DNA of 62,203 nucleotides, filler included, from an uncultured virus (IMG/VR IMGVR_UViG_2049941000_000192) (8 parts of one record of this genome joined end to end with filler, not necessarily neighbours in it); one strand, 5' to 3'. Shown: positions 52,172-61,293, counted from the first letter of the whole stretch. The notes: generated by a model from the sequence alone, not told the origin. Made by a program: numbers and translations.

Positions 52172-54025
52172 TTAAAACCTCCCAGGCTGTCCCACGACAG
52201 GGGCTCTCGGGATTGAGACGGGAGCTGTAAAGCCTGCTGTATTTGCTGTTGCTGTTGGTTGCGTCCCTGAATTAACTTGCGGCCCAACATTGGGAGTAAC
52301 GTTTCCCACATTGCTAAATTCTCCTTGTTGATACTGACCAATCGTATCGGCAGTTGCGTCAGTCATTTGTGCCTGTGTTTCGGGTTCGGCAAGCACAGGA
52401 TTGTCAATAGCCTGAATAGCCTGGAGCATAGCCATTGCACCATAAGTATCGCCCTGGTCAAGCAGCCTGCGCAAGACTTCCATACGAGCTTCCTGCGTAT
52501 CTTTGTTTTCCTGTTGCCACTGCTTGAACATGAGCTCGAAACGTTTGATACGTTCCTGAGACGCAACCCATTCGGCCTGACGTTCCATACGCTGTGTAGC
52601 CATGATTTGGAGTTGCGTAATACGATTCTGTTGTGCGGCGATCGTCTGCTGCTGTTGCTGTAACTGTTGTTTGAGTTTGACAACGAGCGGACTCGCGAAC
52701 GGATCTTGCATCAAGATCTGGCCGACGCGCTGCTTCATCTTTTCCGGAAGCGGGCTGTTCGCCAAGATTTCGAAAATGAAACCCTGAGCATTGAGGCCAC
52801 TGTCCTTCGCGAGATTGTAGATACTTACAATATTCTGTTCGAGCTTTGTGGTCTGCGCCGCTTCGATCAGGCCACCTTGTACAATCACGATGTTGTTATT
52901 TCCAGTGAGCATCGAGTTGATGATGCGGTAACATTCTGACACAGAGTTCGCCATGTTCGAAAGATACGTATTCGAAATAGCATCACGAACTTCGTTACGT
53001 GCTAGAACCTCTTCGCGAGTCACAGCTTCAGAAGAAGACTGAACGACAGGTCCAAGCATGTCGGCAATGACATTCTTCCACGTTTCAAAAGCGGTAACTA
53101 GGAATTGGTTGTCGTGCGCAATAGGTATAATCGGGTCTTTAATCGGTTCGCCATTTGCATCTGTGTGATCGATTTCCTTTACGCCAGCATTGCGCCAAGA
53201 GGGCTTTGTATTAGAAATAGCATCACGTGCAGCGATATAGTTGTCGTCATCGGACATAGCAGTTCGCGTTTGAATCTTAGTAGCCGCGAGAGCCATGGCC
53301 TTGATAACACCAGCCATCTGATAATAGAGACCACGATAATGATAACGCTTGTCAGTGAGTTCAAACTTCTCGCCGTAGAAACGAACAACCGGAATACGGT
53401 CTACGTTAGGTATCGTAGTGTTAACTACATCTGGAACACCTTCTTCGTAGATGTCAAGGTTGACTACACCACTCTTGATATAGTAGTAATACGTTTTGAC
53501 CTTTTCGGTCGTTGCATCAAATTCAACATAACCAGACGGAAAATCCGATATAAAATCATCATCGCGAGTACGAGGCAAAACTTCAAAGACAACAAGTTCC
53601 GTTGCATCTTTCAGTGTCGGATCGTTACCGTTGAACATAATAGAACGGGCGTCGATACTATTAAAAATAGGTTTACCGTCCTGAAGGCCAAAGCCCAGGA
53701 ACGAATAACCATCATCCAATGTCATTTTGTATTGATCGACGAATTGGCTGTTGAGTCGCATGCCAATCACGGTTTCATTCAGCGTGTCGTCTGCCGGACG
53801 GAAAGGTTCGGCTGCAAGCTTACTTGCCTGAACTGTAATAAACGTCTTGACGTAATTAACAACAACGAGTGGGTCATTCGAAATGAGTGCCCACTCGCTA
53901 TAGTCAGTATCGCCAAGACTGCCAGCAGCAGCGGCGCGAGAAATGTCAAGTGCTTTCTTGTCCGTCTCACGATAAGAGACTTTAGACTTAAAGCGCTCAA
54001 GAATTGTGTTCAGGGATTCCGACAT
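52172..54025 (-). CDS. Portal protein, P22-like (phage B)
   Basis: 617 aa; VVNYVK, RIPVVRFYGE...YRGL, Q-rich C-terminal coiled coil. Confidence 0.8.
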   Translation of the reverse strand: MSESLNTILERFKSKVSYRETDKKALDISRAAAAGSLGDTDYSEWALISNDPLVVVNYVKTFITVQASKLAAEPFRPADDTLNETVIGMRLNSQFVDQYKMTLDDGYSFLGFGLQDGKPIFNSIDARSIMFNGNDPTLKDATELVVFEVLPRTRDDDFISDFPSGYVEFDATTEKVKTYYYYIKSGVVNLDIYEEGVPDVVNTTIPNVDRIPVVRFYGEKFELTDKRYHYRGLYYQMAGVIKAMALAATKIQTRTAMSDDDNYIAARDAISNTKPSWRNAGVKEIDHTDANGEPIKDPIIPIAHDNQFLVTAFETWKNVIADMLGPVVQSSSEAVTREEVLARNEVRDAISNTYLSNMANSVSECYRIINSMLTGNNNIVIVQGGLIEAAQTTKLEQNIVSIYNLAKDSGLNAQGFIFEILANSPLPEKMKQRVGQILMQDPFASPLVVKLKQQLQQQQQTIAAQQNRITQLQIMATQRMERQAEWVASQERIKRFELMFKQWQQENKDTQEARMEVLRRLLDQGDTYGAMAMLQAIQAIDNPVLAEPETQAQMTDATADTIGQYQQGEFSNVGNVTPNVGPQVNSGTQPTATANTAGFTAPVSIPRAPVVGQPGRF

Positions 54026-54305
54026 ACTGGGCCAATAAAGATTGTTCAGTCGCTGCCGCTTCTTCGGCGGTCAACTCCTTTGGTGCGGTTGAAATGTCTA
54101 ACTTATCGATTAAGTCAATCGCACGGACCTTTAAAGTATCCGGTGTATATTTGTCGGTTGCAATCGAATATAAAGTTTCACGAACTCGCTTAGTGTCTAG
54201 ACCGTTGCGTGCGAGCGATGCACATGCCGCGACACGTGCCTGGCATTTTCCAGCATCACAATACGCAATTAGTCTAAGTTCGTCTGCAAGTTCTTCTGCT
54301 ATCAT
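53997..54305 (-). CDS. Small helical protein, possible terminase small subunit
   Basis: LYSIATD...LKVRAIDLIDK resembles TerS; first gene of the portal operon. Confidence 0.45.
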   Translation of the reverse strand: MIAEELADELRLIAYCDAGKCQARVAACASLARNGLDTKRVRETLYSIATDKYTPDTLKVRAIDLIDKLDISTAPKELTAEEAAATEQSLLAQYVGIPEHNS

Positions 54306-54342
54306 ATTGATATATCTTATTAAGACAAAGTTATTTTTCCAA
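54303..54342 (-). promoter_or_regulatory. Phage B promoter motif abutting ATG
   Basis: TTGGAAAA-N5-TTTGTC-N6-AGATATATCAATATG, matching 9588-9627. Confidence 0.7.
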
Positions 54343-54631
54343 AACTTTTATATGGTTTGTTTTCACCTTGATTTAAGAAGACTTCGATATATTGATTTGG
54401 CACAATGACAAAACGAATTTGCCACAATTCCAAAATCCACATATCGTTTGTTTTGTAGCATTCGAATATGCCCTGAAAAGCATCGCGCAGTCTATCGAAT
54501 GCGTACTTCCCTAAGAGTCTCATTGCCGTACCTCGTACTGTTACAAAAATACGGCACAGGTTTACCAGCCTGTACCGTTCTTGATGACATATGGTCGTAA
54601 GAGATATTGTGTGTTGTGGTCGTCATCAATA

Positions 54632-54696
54632 GTGGGTCTGCTGGACTCGAACCAGCGATGTGTAATGGACTACGAAACCACATCACCTTTGACCCA
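54632..54696 (-). ncRNA. tRNA-like element lacking a D-arm
   Basis: Acceptor-like TGGGTC/GACCCA stem and perfect T-arm GCTGG-TTCGAGT-CCAGC; only 33 nt between them; no encoded CCA. Confidence 0.5.
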
Positions 54697-54735
54697 TGGT
54701 GATAGACTTTACGTGGTCTATCAGCACGTTAGACT

Positions 54736-55341
54736 TTACTGTTCGTCGGTAGGTTCGACCATCTCTTCCGGAGTTAAGATCTTCACGCCAGACTTGAATT
54801 TGCAACCTGCCAAAGTGAGCGGTGTCAACTGGCCATAGGCCTTGATGACCTTATACGGAATGTACTTATCATCATAGAAGACCGTATCGCACAGATCGTC
54901 TTTGGTACCCGGCTTGACGCGCTTGATGACCTGATAGTCGCGATCGGTCGCTTCCAACAGAATCTTCATAGGCGTCTTCCACAACTTCGATTCAGAACCT
55001 TCGAAGTCCATCAGGATTTCAAACAAGTTCTTGAAGCCGTTCTTCGTGGTGTCGAACGTCTGCATCAACTTCGAGCGAGTGCTGTTGCTGATGCGCATCC
55101 AGTTGGACCACTTGCGAACGACAATCGGTGTGCCGTGTTCATCGCACCTAATCTGACCAGACTCGTCCTTCACGAAACCGCCGAAGAGGAAGCGGCAGTT
55201 GGGAACCGGGTCATTGGTTTCGGCCATAGGTCCAGGCGGAAGGTCTGCGGTCTGGTAAGACAGTACGCACACGTCAACGTATTCGTCGTTGGGGAATGCA
55301 ATGTACTCTTTGATTTTAAGATCGAACGGATTGGTAGCCAT
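54736..55341 (-). CDS. Probable replication/recombination protein (SSB-like)
   Basis: Strong codon bias, AAGGAG RBS, own promoter, downstream of YqaJ; family not confidently recognised. Confidence 0.4.
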   Translation of the reverse strand: MATNPFDLKIKEYIAFPNDEYVDVCVLSYQTADLPPGPMAETNDPVPNCRFLFGGFVKDESGQIRCDEHGTPIVVRKWSNWMRISNSTRSKLMQTFDTTKNGFKNLFEILMDFEGSESKLWKTPMKILLEATDRDYQVIKRVKPGTKDDLCDTVFYDDKYIPYKVIKAYGQLTPLTLAGCKFKSGVKILTPEEMVEPTDEQ

Positions 55342-55395
55342 AATTACTCCTTGATTTGGTGGCTGTTTGTGATGTTCATAGTTAGTTGAACTAAC

Positions 55396-55432
55396 TATTT
55401 ATATATCCAAAGTTTCGAATGAAATTATCCAA
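55396..55432 (-). promoter_or_regulatory. Phage B promoter motif variant
   Basis: TTGGAT-N18-GGATATATAAAT. Confidence 0.55.
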
Positions 55433-56345
55433 ACTTCGGATAAAACGAGGGTTTACCTTTCTTAAATACCTTGTCGTAAACGTCCGGGAAATCTTCCTTA
55501 AGACGTTTGGCATCGATTGTATCGCGTCCCTTCATACTTACCATCGTCGCGAACTTTGCGCCCTTGTAAGTAAGTCTCTGGAAACGATACAAATACTTGG
55601 TAAACAACAACTTTTGTGCGGCAAGCTTCTGTTCCAGTTCTTTGCACTTATCACGAAGGATAATAAACGTCGCATACTCTTCATCGGAGATTTCGTATTC
55701 GTCGTCTCGTTCTCCGTTCGTGACTGCAGCTTCAGCCACAAGAGCTTGGTCGATGTCTGCATGCACCGGATCAGGCTCAGGCGGAACTCGATTCTGGATG
55801 CAGTTCCACAAGAGCTGGCACTTTTCTTCGAGCTTCTCAACGTAGATTGGGTCGTATTCAACCTGCCGTTCGAAGTATTCGTGGCCATGAATAAGTACCG
55901 CGAAGTACGTAGTGTGGATTCCAGTCACGTGCATCTGCCACTGAACTTGTGCGTAGTATCCATCAGGCACAGGATTCCAGTCGGCAGAACTACTACCGGT
56001 TTTGATTTCCAGAATGGCTACGCACTTGCCGTCTTTCCATAGTTCGCCGTCGAGACTGCACTTGCGCCATTCACGTTCATAGCATGCACCTTGACGCACT
56101 TCAAATTCAGGATGTTCCTTTGCGAACTTCTTGAACTTGATCACGTCTTCAAGCAGCGAACCCCATTCTTCGTATTCAGAAGGTTCGTGCTGTTTTGGAT
56201 TGAGCTTGTCGTTATAGACGGAGAGTGCAGTACCCCACTTCGATACACCCATGGCACATGAAGCTTCTGTCGCGGTGATTCCGCTCAGACGCCAGTCAAG
56301 CCATTCTTGAGTTCCTTGCTGTAGTTCATATCTTGTTGCTGTCAT
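55425..56345 (-). CDS. YqaJ-like (lambda exonuclease family) recombination nuclease
   Basis: QGTQEWLDWRLSGITATE, CSLDG, LEIKT, YYAQVQWQMHV. Confidence 0.92.
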   Translation of the reverse strand: MTATRYELQQGTQEWLDWRLSGITATEASCAMGVSKWGTALSVYNDKLNPKQHEPSEYEEWGSLLEDVIKFKKFAKEHPEFEVRQGACYEREWRKCSLDGELWKDGKCVAILEIKTGSSSADWNPVPDGYYAQVQWQMHVTGIHTTYFAVLIHGHEYFERQVEYDPIYVEKLEEKCQLLWNCIQNRVPPEPDPVHADIDQALVAEAAVTNGERDDEYEISDEEYATFIILRDKCKELEQKLAAQKLLFTKYLYRFQRLTYKGAKFATMVSMKGRDTIDAKRLKEDFPDVYDKVFKKGKPSFYPKFG

Positions 56346-56508
56346 TGTTACTCCTGTTTATCTCCTTTAATGATAAAATCCGAGCCGAATAGCAAGTACC
56401 ATACGGCCCAGATAATCATGATGTGAAAGAAGCCGCTGAAGCCTTCGAACGTGGCATACAAAGATGCCATCAGTAGAAAGCATATTGTAACCACGATCGT
56501 ATACTTCA

Positions 56509-56823
56509 TTACGATACTCCCTCCTCGTGGAATTTCAGCGGCAATTCCGTTTGACCCGGAACCGGACGATTGAGACATACCCCTTCCATCAGCGTAGCAT
56601 AACCAGCGATGTCGTGCCAGTGGTCAGGAAAGAAACAGTCACCGTACATAACACGACCGAGCTTTTCAACGATCATGCGTACAGTCTGCCGACCTTCAGC
56701 ACCGAGCTTCTTCCAATTGTCGGTTTTGGAAAATTCCTCGAGCACCTTGTCTTTAACTCCAGCAGAACGTGCATAGTTGCCATGCACATTGTTACGCTGC
56801 TTGAGAGTATCTTCTACGCTCAT
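56509..56823 (-). CDS. DUF6378-like all-alpha protein
   Basis: TLKQRNNVHG...KLGR...DHWHDIAGYATL. Confidence 0.7.
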   Translation of the reverse strand: MSVEDTLKQRNNVHGNYARSAGVKDKVLEEFSKTDNWKKLGAEGRQTVRMIVEKLGRVMYGDCFFPDHWHDIAGYATLMEGVCLNRPVPGQTELPLKFHEEGVS

Positions 56824-57203
56824 GCTTCATCTCCTGTTTGAATGATATCGGTTTTCGCGATGTCACACATGCGTCCACCAACATTAGTGATAACAACAAA
56901 ACGGTCTTCGCGTTCACCCACGATGAAACAATCGCACGCTTCATCGTTTATACGCGCAACGACCCTTATACCATGGCAGGATTTGATCAGGCGACAGTGC
57001 TTGTACTGTAACGTACCCTTGCGACGGAACAACAAACCGTGCGCTGTTACTTCAATACCGGTCAGAATGTCTAACATCCAGATCTGACCATCGTCACTGA
57101 ATATTGCATACAGACCGATGTTATTCGGGTGCGGGTCGATAACGTCGACTTTCATGAATACTTCAACGAAGTCGCACTCTTTAAGTTTATCGATTGGATT
57201 CAT
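56820..57203 (-). CDS. Hypothetical protein (allele fragment at 62093..62203)
   Basis: MNPIDKL start with GAGG RBS. Confidence 0.5.
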   Translation of the reverse strand: MNPIDKLKECDFVEVFMKVDVIDPHPNNIGLYAIFSDDGQIWMLDILTGIEVTAHGLLFRRKGTLQYKHCRLIKSCHGIRVVARINDEACDCFIVGEREDRFVVITNVGGRMCDIAKTDIIQTGDEA

Positions 57204-57777
57204 ACCATTCCTCATAGGCGGACTTTGTGATGATGAACTTATCAACGGACCCGCCTTTGTCCGGATGATTTCGTTTGGCCCATTCAATCCAGGCCTCTTT
57301 AATATCTCGCTGTTGTGATATACCAAGCAAGCTGCGGAGATACATCTCAACTTGTCGGTCATCTTGGTACACCTTGGACATCTGTATAAAGACTTCTTGT
57401 GTGCGGCAACAATGCTCGTACAGTTCCATCCAATACAGTCGCTTGTCCGTCGGACCAGGAAAATTCGTGTACGTGAAGTACGTAATGATGTTATGTTGGT
57501 TACAGGCTTTTAGACGCCGCCACCATTTATGCATGGAGATCGCGCCATAATGGTACCCATGCTTAGCCAATGAAATCATCAGCTTGATAAATGGTTCGTC
57601 AACCGGATTAGCCCACGTGCACATGAACGCCCAATCGAACCGTCCCCAGTCTTCGTACTTACGAAGCTTGAGAAGGAGTTCGCAACGATTGCACAGGTCT
57701 AATGTAGCCTTTGCCTCTGCCTTTATCGCGGGCAAATCATCCGGGTTGTTCAGAACTGATTGCCTGTTTATTAGCAT
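57187..57777 (-). CDS. Protein with C-terminal DnaJ J-domain
   Basis: LLGIS...DIKEAW...NHPDKGG...KSAYE. Confidence 0.75.
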   Translation of the reverse strand: MLINRQSVLNNPDDLPAIKAEAKATLDLCNRCELLLKLRKYEDWGRFDWAFMCTWANPVDEPFIKLMISLAKHGYHYGAISMHKWWRRLKACNQHNIITYFTYTNFPGPTDKRLYWMELYEHCCRTQEVFIQMSKVYQDDRQVEMYLRSLLGISQQRDIKEAWIEWAKRNHPDKGGSVDKFIITKSAYEEWYESNR

Positions 57778-58180
57778 CTTGGTACTCCAGCTTATTGATT
57801 GTGTCGGCGTACGAGTTGAACACGTCACGAACCATCTTGCGAATACGTCCAGTCGCATCCTTCAAATGATCGTACGGTTGACGACGCTGACGGCATTCAT
57901 ACTTCAGATGAATACATTCGGCGCAGATGAGTTTGGCTTCAGCCATCAGCCGCTCATACAGCGGGTCTTTCCAATTAGCAGCAGGAAAGTACGCGCTCAA
58001 ACGCTTCTTGGCCATACTCATTACGTTGATGAAAGCCGTCTGGCCTGCTTGTCCACTCATCATATAACCAGTCTGGACGATCGGTTCATTGACAAGGTCT
58101 GTAGCCATTTTAGTTATAGCCAGCGATTGGCTATGTACTTCGGCAATTGATTTGCACTCAGTGATTGCGGGTACGTTCAT
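57737..58180 (-). CDS. Hypothetical protein
   Basis: Complete ORF with GGAG RBS. Confidence 0.5.
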   Translation of the reverse strand: MNVPAITECKSIAEVHSQSLAITKMATDLVNEPIVQTGYMMSGQAGQTAFINVMSMAKKRLSAYFPAANWKDPLYERLMAEAKLICAECIHLKYECRQRRQPYDHLKDATGRIRKMVRDVFNSYADTINKLEYQDANKQAISSEQPG

Positions 58181-58222
58181 TTTACACTCCGGGTTTACTG
58201 TTTGAAGCGGTAATAGATGGTA

Positions 58223-58396
58223 TCACCATCTATAAAAAAGTTGGCAAGCACCCCAGTTCATCTTATATTTGACTCCGAGTTCGGTAGCCTTTCGATGGCA
58301 TTCGAAATTATCGACTCTGTTGCTGTTGTCTTCGACCTCAATGCATCCAGCGAGTGTAATACACAGTGCAATGATTAAGTATGGTATTGTTTTCAT
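58223..58396 (-). CDS. Small lipoprotein (not in the ORF track)
   Basis: MKTIPYLIIALCITLAGC: basic start, hydrophobic core, LAGC lipobox. Confidence 0.65.
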   Translation of the reverse strand: MKTIPYLIIALCITLAGCIEVEDNSNRVDNFECHRKATELGVKYKMNWGACQLFYRW

Positions 58397-58562
58397 ATTG
58401 TAGTCCTGTTTTGTGTTTGAGTTTTCGAAAATTAATCTTTGAAAACGGTCTTATGGGCCCTAAATTCTTACTAAAAATCATTTTTAAAAATTTTTTTCTC
58501 TTTTCGAGTAAGTAAAAGGCCCCTTAAGATAATTTTTAAAGATGAATTTTCTAAATACGTGC

Positions 58563-58598
58563 AAAAGAAATGGCCGCGAATTTGCGACCATCTCTTTT
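58563..58598 (-). terminator. Terminator after 58606..58971
   Basis: AAAAGAAATGGCCGCGAA / TTTGCGACCATCTCTTTT inverted repeat. Confidence 0.6.
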
Positions 58599-58605
58599 AT
58601 TGTGA

Positions 58606-58971
58606 TTAGGCTTCGGCCAAACCGAGCTGAGCGAGGAACGCGGCCTTCTGTTCCGGAGTCATGCTGTCGAGCAGGCTCTTGACAGATTCGGTGGACGGCT
58701 TGCGAGAACCGCCAGTAGCACGCACGCCATCGAGCACAGCAGTCACGATGTCAGCAGCAGAGGCGAGAGTCTTGGCACGACCCTTGATAGAACCGTGAGA
58801 CACACCAGCGAGCTGGGCAATGTCGTTGATGGAGAATTCGTCCTGTTCGACAAGTTCCTCGAAGCGCTTGGAAGCTTCGTCCTTGATGCGGGCCTTGAGT
58901 TCGTCAGACAGGTCGTTGGCAAAGCGAACACCAGACTTGACTTCGACTTCGACTTCGTTTTCGTTTTCCAT
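58606..58971 (-). CDS. HTH DNA-binding protein
   Basis: SINDIAQLAGVSHGSI helix-turn-helix; strong codon bias; own promoter and terminator. Confidence 0.6.
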   Translation of the reverse strand: MENENEVEVEVKSGVRFANDLSDELKARIKDEASKRFEELVEQDEFSINDIAQLAGVSHGSIKGRAKTLASAADIVTAVLDGVRATGGSRKPSTESVKSLLDSMTPEQKAAFLAQLGLAEA

Positions 58972-59027
58972 AATGGATTCCTTTAGCACGTAGTAGTGCT
59001 GGTTGATTGTGAGCTGTGAGTTGTTTT

Positions 59028-59134
59028 CACATTTAAATATCTATTTTTTCGAAACTTAAATTCCAAATTTTCAAAAAAATTTTCGATGGTAAAATTGGAA
59101 TTTACAAGCACGTAAAATAAGATATATAAATATG
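59028..59134. promoter_or_regulatory. Back-to-back divergent phage B promoters
   Basis: Minus: TTGGAA-N18-AGATATTTAAATG (59066 leftwards); plus: TTGGAA-N19-AGATATATAAATATG (59095-59134). Confidence 0.65.
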
Positions 59135-59416
59135 AAGATTACAAATGCAAAAGAACGAGCAGAGTTCCGACGTGGTCCAGCGTGGCAGATACTACGCCGG
59201 TTTATTGCGTCGTCCAGAAATATGACATGCGAATATTGTGGCGTCAAGTACAAACGGTTATGTGACTTGAACATTCACCACATGTATACGACCAACTACG
59301 ATAACCTTGCGCAAGATCGATTCTTGCTGTTGTGCAAGACGTGCCATGAGTTTATACACGCAAAGTATCGTAGCCCGTTGCTCGCAGACAAGCGACTGTT
59401 CGGCCGATCGGATTAG
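59132..59416 (+). CDS. HNH endonuclease
   Basis: CEYCG...LNIHH...LLCKTCHEFIH. Confidence 0.85.
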   Translation: MKITNAKERAEFRRGPAWQILRRFIASSRNMTCEYCGVKYKRLCDLNIHHMYTTNYDNLAQDRFLLLCKTCHEFIHAKYRSPLLADKRLFGRSD

Positions 59417-60775
59417 TCTACAGGGATTACTCGGATTTCCGGCATAAAGTCACTTATCATCCAATGGATTTCATCGGGTTGATGGTCAGTGTTATCGGTA
59501 ATCCACTTTTCGCCATCAGTAACTCCGCCATCGATGATATATGTGGATACTTCGTTTGTGTTATAGTCCATAACAGTAATGTATGTCTGCTTCATCATAG
59601 TTGATACTCCTTCTTAATGGCATTGAACAAACATTCGTTGATGCGCGCGATAATCTTGGCACGCTTATAATATGGAACCTTTTGATAGTCGTTCGAGAAC
59701 CTCGTGCGACTTATTTCAATTGATGTATATCCGCCTTTGTCGAAAGCTACGAACATACTAAAAGTCTTCTGGCTTATATAGTAACGGTCACTCAAACCTT
59801 TGAGGCACAGACATTTCCAGCGTGCACGTTTGGTCCAGTTGTTGAGCTCTGCCACGCTAACGTCGTCGCGAATAAGTACTTGGCAATTCAGTTGACGGTT
59901 ATACATATTAACCTCATGTTGGGAAAACGTAACGCGGTACGTCGAAGAACCGTTCAAGTTCAGCTAATATATTGCACGCCTTGTTTACACTGCGCATCGA
60001 CCAACGATCGTATGCAGCAAGTGCTGTTATCTGTGTACCCCATTCGGCGATAATTGCTATTGGTACAATCTTCTTATAGACGACTACAGTATTGTAGCCG
60101 TTTATTTTTACACATGCAAATGAGAATGTACGACTGTTCGGAAACTTCTGGCGAATGTTTACCGGAATTTCTTGCAACATCATAGACGTCTTCGTTATGA
60201 ACTTGTTATCAAGACATTGTCTTAGACGTGTGCAATTGTCGGCGAATGCTTCAATCTTATTGCTGTGCATCTTTCTTTACCTCACAGTTAAGCAAGTTAT
60301 GTATCACGATGTTGAACCGCATTCTGCATGTGTCACAGAATATGTATTTGTTACTGCGAAGAAACATATCGCGGAATGATTCACGTACTTCGATGGTAAT
60401 AGAACCTTCGTCGTTGTTACATGATGCGCCACATCTGTCGCAGATGTAATTAAAAGTTATTGGCATTGTGTACCTCCGAGAATAGCCATGCAGCACGAAC
60501 CAACGAACATCGCGACCGATGCCGATGCCAACAAAGCAATTGATGCTGTGATTATTTTGTCCATGTTTGTAGTCCTTTTCTTTATATTATTCTTTATTAG
60601 AGTTAATTTGTCTGTAATCGCCAGGCTTTTTATTGCCAGCGAATACAGCATAACGCTCGCCTTTGTATCGACGATTCCATGCGTGCGCAATTGAATGTGC
60701 AAGGATTCTATCGTCGGTCACATAGTAACGGCACGGCTGTTCAATGCCGTTGTCAATTCGCCATACTGAATACAT
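59413..60775 (-). CDS. Cluster of small overlapping hypothetical early genes (59413-59598, 59595-~59917, 59914-60270, 60257-~60466 with CxxC pairs, 60587-60775)
   Basis: Tightly packed co-oriented short ORFs. Confidence 0.45.
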
Positions 60776-61293
60776 TACTGCCTCCTTAAAGTAGTTAAGA
60801 ATGTGAATACGTGCTTTGCATGTTCCGTTGTGTTCGGAATCTTCGCACGCTTTAAATATTGTCTGGTCATTTCGATTGTTAGCGGTTTACGTTTGCGGTC
60901 TTCTTTGAGAAGAGCTGCGACAACAATCGCGACGCCAAACTTGTATTGCTGTGGCACGTGACGCACAATGTCAATGATGAAGTCATTGTCGCTTTGTTCA
61001 GGTTCGGGTGGTGCGATGAATAGCTCACGCATTGCATGGTCGTCATCGTCCATAGGGTTGAGACTGTTGTCGAAGTTGAACTCAGTCTCAGTTACTGACC
61101 GTGACTCAACGCTGTCATACTTGTCGTGCCAAATCTTAAGACAACCGACGTTAATGAGGTATGCAGCTTGCTCTGCCTCGGACCGCGTGCGGTCGAGCTG
61201 CAAGAATGCAGTGTTTAATCCTTCCCATGCCGTGTTACGATCGACGCCGTAACGACGTTGTATTGCTGACACAATGTTTTCGTAGTCTATCAT
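60775..61293 (-). CDS. Possible sigma-factor-like protein
   Basis: IVSAIQRRYGVDRNTAWEGLNTAFLQL...AAYL weakly resembles sigma region 2. Confidence 0.35.
   Translation of the reverse strand: MIDYENIVSAIQRRYGVDRNTAWEGLNTAFLQLDRTRSEAEQAAYLINVGCLKIWHDKYDSVESRSVTETEFNFDNSLNPMDDDDHAMRELFIAPPEPEQSDNDFIIDIVRHVPQQYKFGVAIVVAALLKEDRKRKPLTIEMTRQYLKRAKIPNTTEHAKHVFTFLTTLRRQ

Noticed and set aside
48823..54193. Long antisense ORFs (48823..50286, 53105..54193; also 2039..2836, 10860..11732)
   Set aside because: Shadows of codon-biased genes on the opposite strand; no recognisable motifs
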